This document shows, one piece after another, positions 63,470-64,000 of a stretch of DNA of 64,000 nt. The notes beneath the pieces were generated by a model that saw only the letters and a program-made list of their open reading frames with translations, had not been told where the DNA came from and did no database searches. Source of the DNA: an uncultured virus (IMG/VR IMGVR_UViG_3300010262_000280). Lineage: Duplodnaviria; Heunggongvirae; Uroviricota; Caudoviricetes. The first letter of the stretch is position 1. Each line of letters starts with the position of its first letter. Location: the IMG/VR virus record IMGVR_UViG_3300010262_000280. One strand, written 5' to 3'. The position numbers and the translations under genes were made by a program.

Positions 63470-64000
63470 ATGGATAGTATCGGCAAGGGGCTGGATCCCC
63501 TGGAGGCATTGGAACATATTGACCCGGCCGGCCTGAATTACCAGGAGTGGCTGACTGTGGGTATGGGGCTGAAGGAGGCGGGGTGTCCCGCCTCCTTCTG
63601 GGAAGATTGGAGCCGCCGCGACCCGGCGCGCTATCATGCGGGCGAGTGCCTGCGGAAGTGGGAAACCTTTCACGGCGCGTCCGGCGGTACACCTGTGGCC
63701 GCCGGCACGGTATTCAAGATGGCCCTGGACCACGGCTGGCGGCCCACTCAGGAGAGCGCCCCCGGCCACATGTTGGATTGGGAGGACACCATCAACACCA
63801 GGGACGGCGGCGGCACCATCGTGGACCGCGCATGGCTGGAGGGCAAAGAGGTCCAGGAGCCCACAGACTGGCATCCCGCGAAAGACCTCATTACTTATTT
63901 GACGGTTCTCTTTGACCCATCCGAATACGTCGGGTATGTGACTGAGACCTTCAAAGGGGAAGACGGACGGCAGGTGCCATCCAAGGGAAATTATGACCGG
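63470..64000 (+). CDS. Primase/helicase with PriCT-2-like N-terminus (truncated by window end)
   Basis: MDSIGKGLDPLEALEHIDPAGLNYQEWLTVGMGLK...WEDWSRRD..RY...EC.RKWETF; no stop before 64000. Confidence 0.8.
   Translation, partial: MDSIGKGLDPLEALEHIDPAGLNYQEWLTVGMGLKEAGCPASFWEDWSRRDPARYHAGECLRKWETFHGASGGTPVAAGTVFKMALDHGWRPTQESAPGHMLDWEDTINTRDGGGTIVDRAWLEGKEVQEPTDWHPAKDLITYLTVLFDPSEYVGYVTETFKGEDGRQVPSKGNYDR

Larger units (their letters stand above)
53428..64000. mobile_element. Prophage 2 (tyrosine integrase, ImmA-like/repressor/Cro, antirepressor, replication genes); continues beyond window
   Basis: Second independent integrase, immunity switch and replication module. Confidence 0.85.

Noticed and set aside
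1..64000. CRISPR array, rRNA or intact tRNA gene
   Set aside because: No regularly spaced direct repeats seen; only a tRNA-like 3' fragment (53415-53427) and a non-canonical fold (30643-30716)
1..64000. Second DGR target (another VR copy)
   Set aside because: I saw no further match to the TR 3' end (GTCGGCGCGCGACT) by eye; a computational search of the whole genome is still needed

Overview
The window is almost entirely temperate-phage DNA from a GC-rich Bacillota host (probably Oscillospiraceae/Clostridia; inference) and holds two prophages back to back. Prophage 1 (<1 to ~53427, left end outside the window) has a lambda-like head (gpA terminase, portal, ClpP-type protease, gpD/gpE) and a P2-like contractile tail. 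It also has a lysis module, a small-gene accessory island, replication/recombination genes, a CI/Cro switch and a large serine recombinase. It carries a diversity-generating retroelement (DGR): the C-terminal VR of the tail fibre (7455-7593) differs from a TR (7083-7221) at 16 positions, all TR adenines. The DGR is atypical because no avd gene is visible and the RT has YMDN instead of YxDD and IGYYICQ instead of [LIV]GxxxSQ. A five-gene cassette (Na+/solute symporter, two PP-loop/PAPS-reductase-like enzymes, two ParB/Srx-like proteins) just upstream of the terminase is a candidate DNA-modification system with its own precursor importer. An iteron-like block that resembles the linker usually found inside the replication initiator gene sits instead between genes, next to the integrase. 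Prophage 2 (~53428 to >64000) starts with a tyrosine integrase, an ImmA-like protein, repressor/Cro, an antirepressor and a replication module. All calls come from reading sequence and motifs by eye; no database searches were run.
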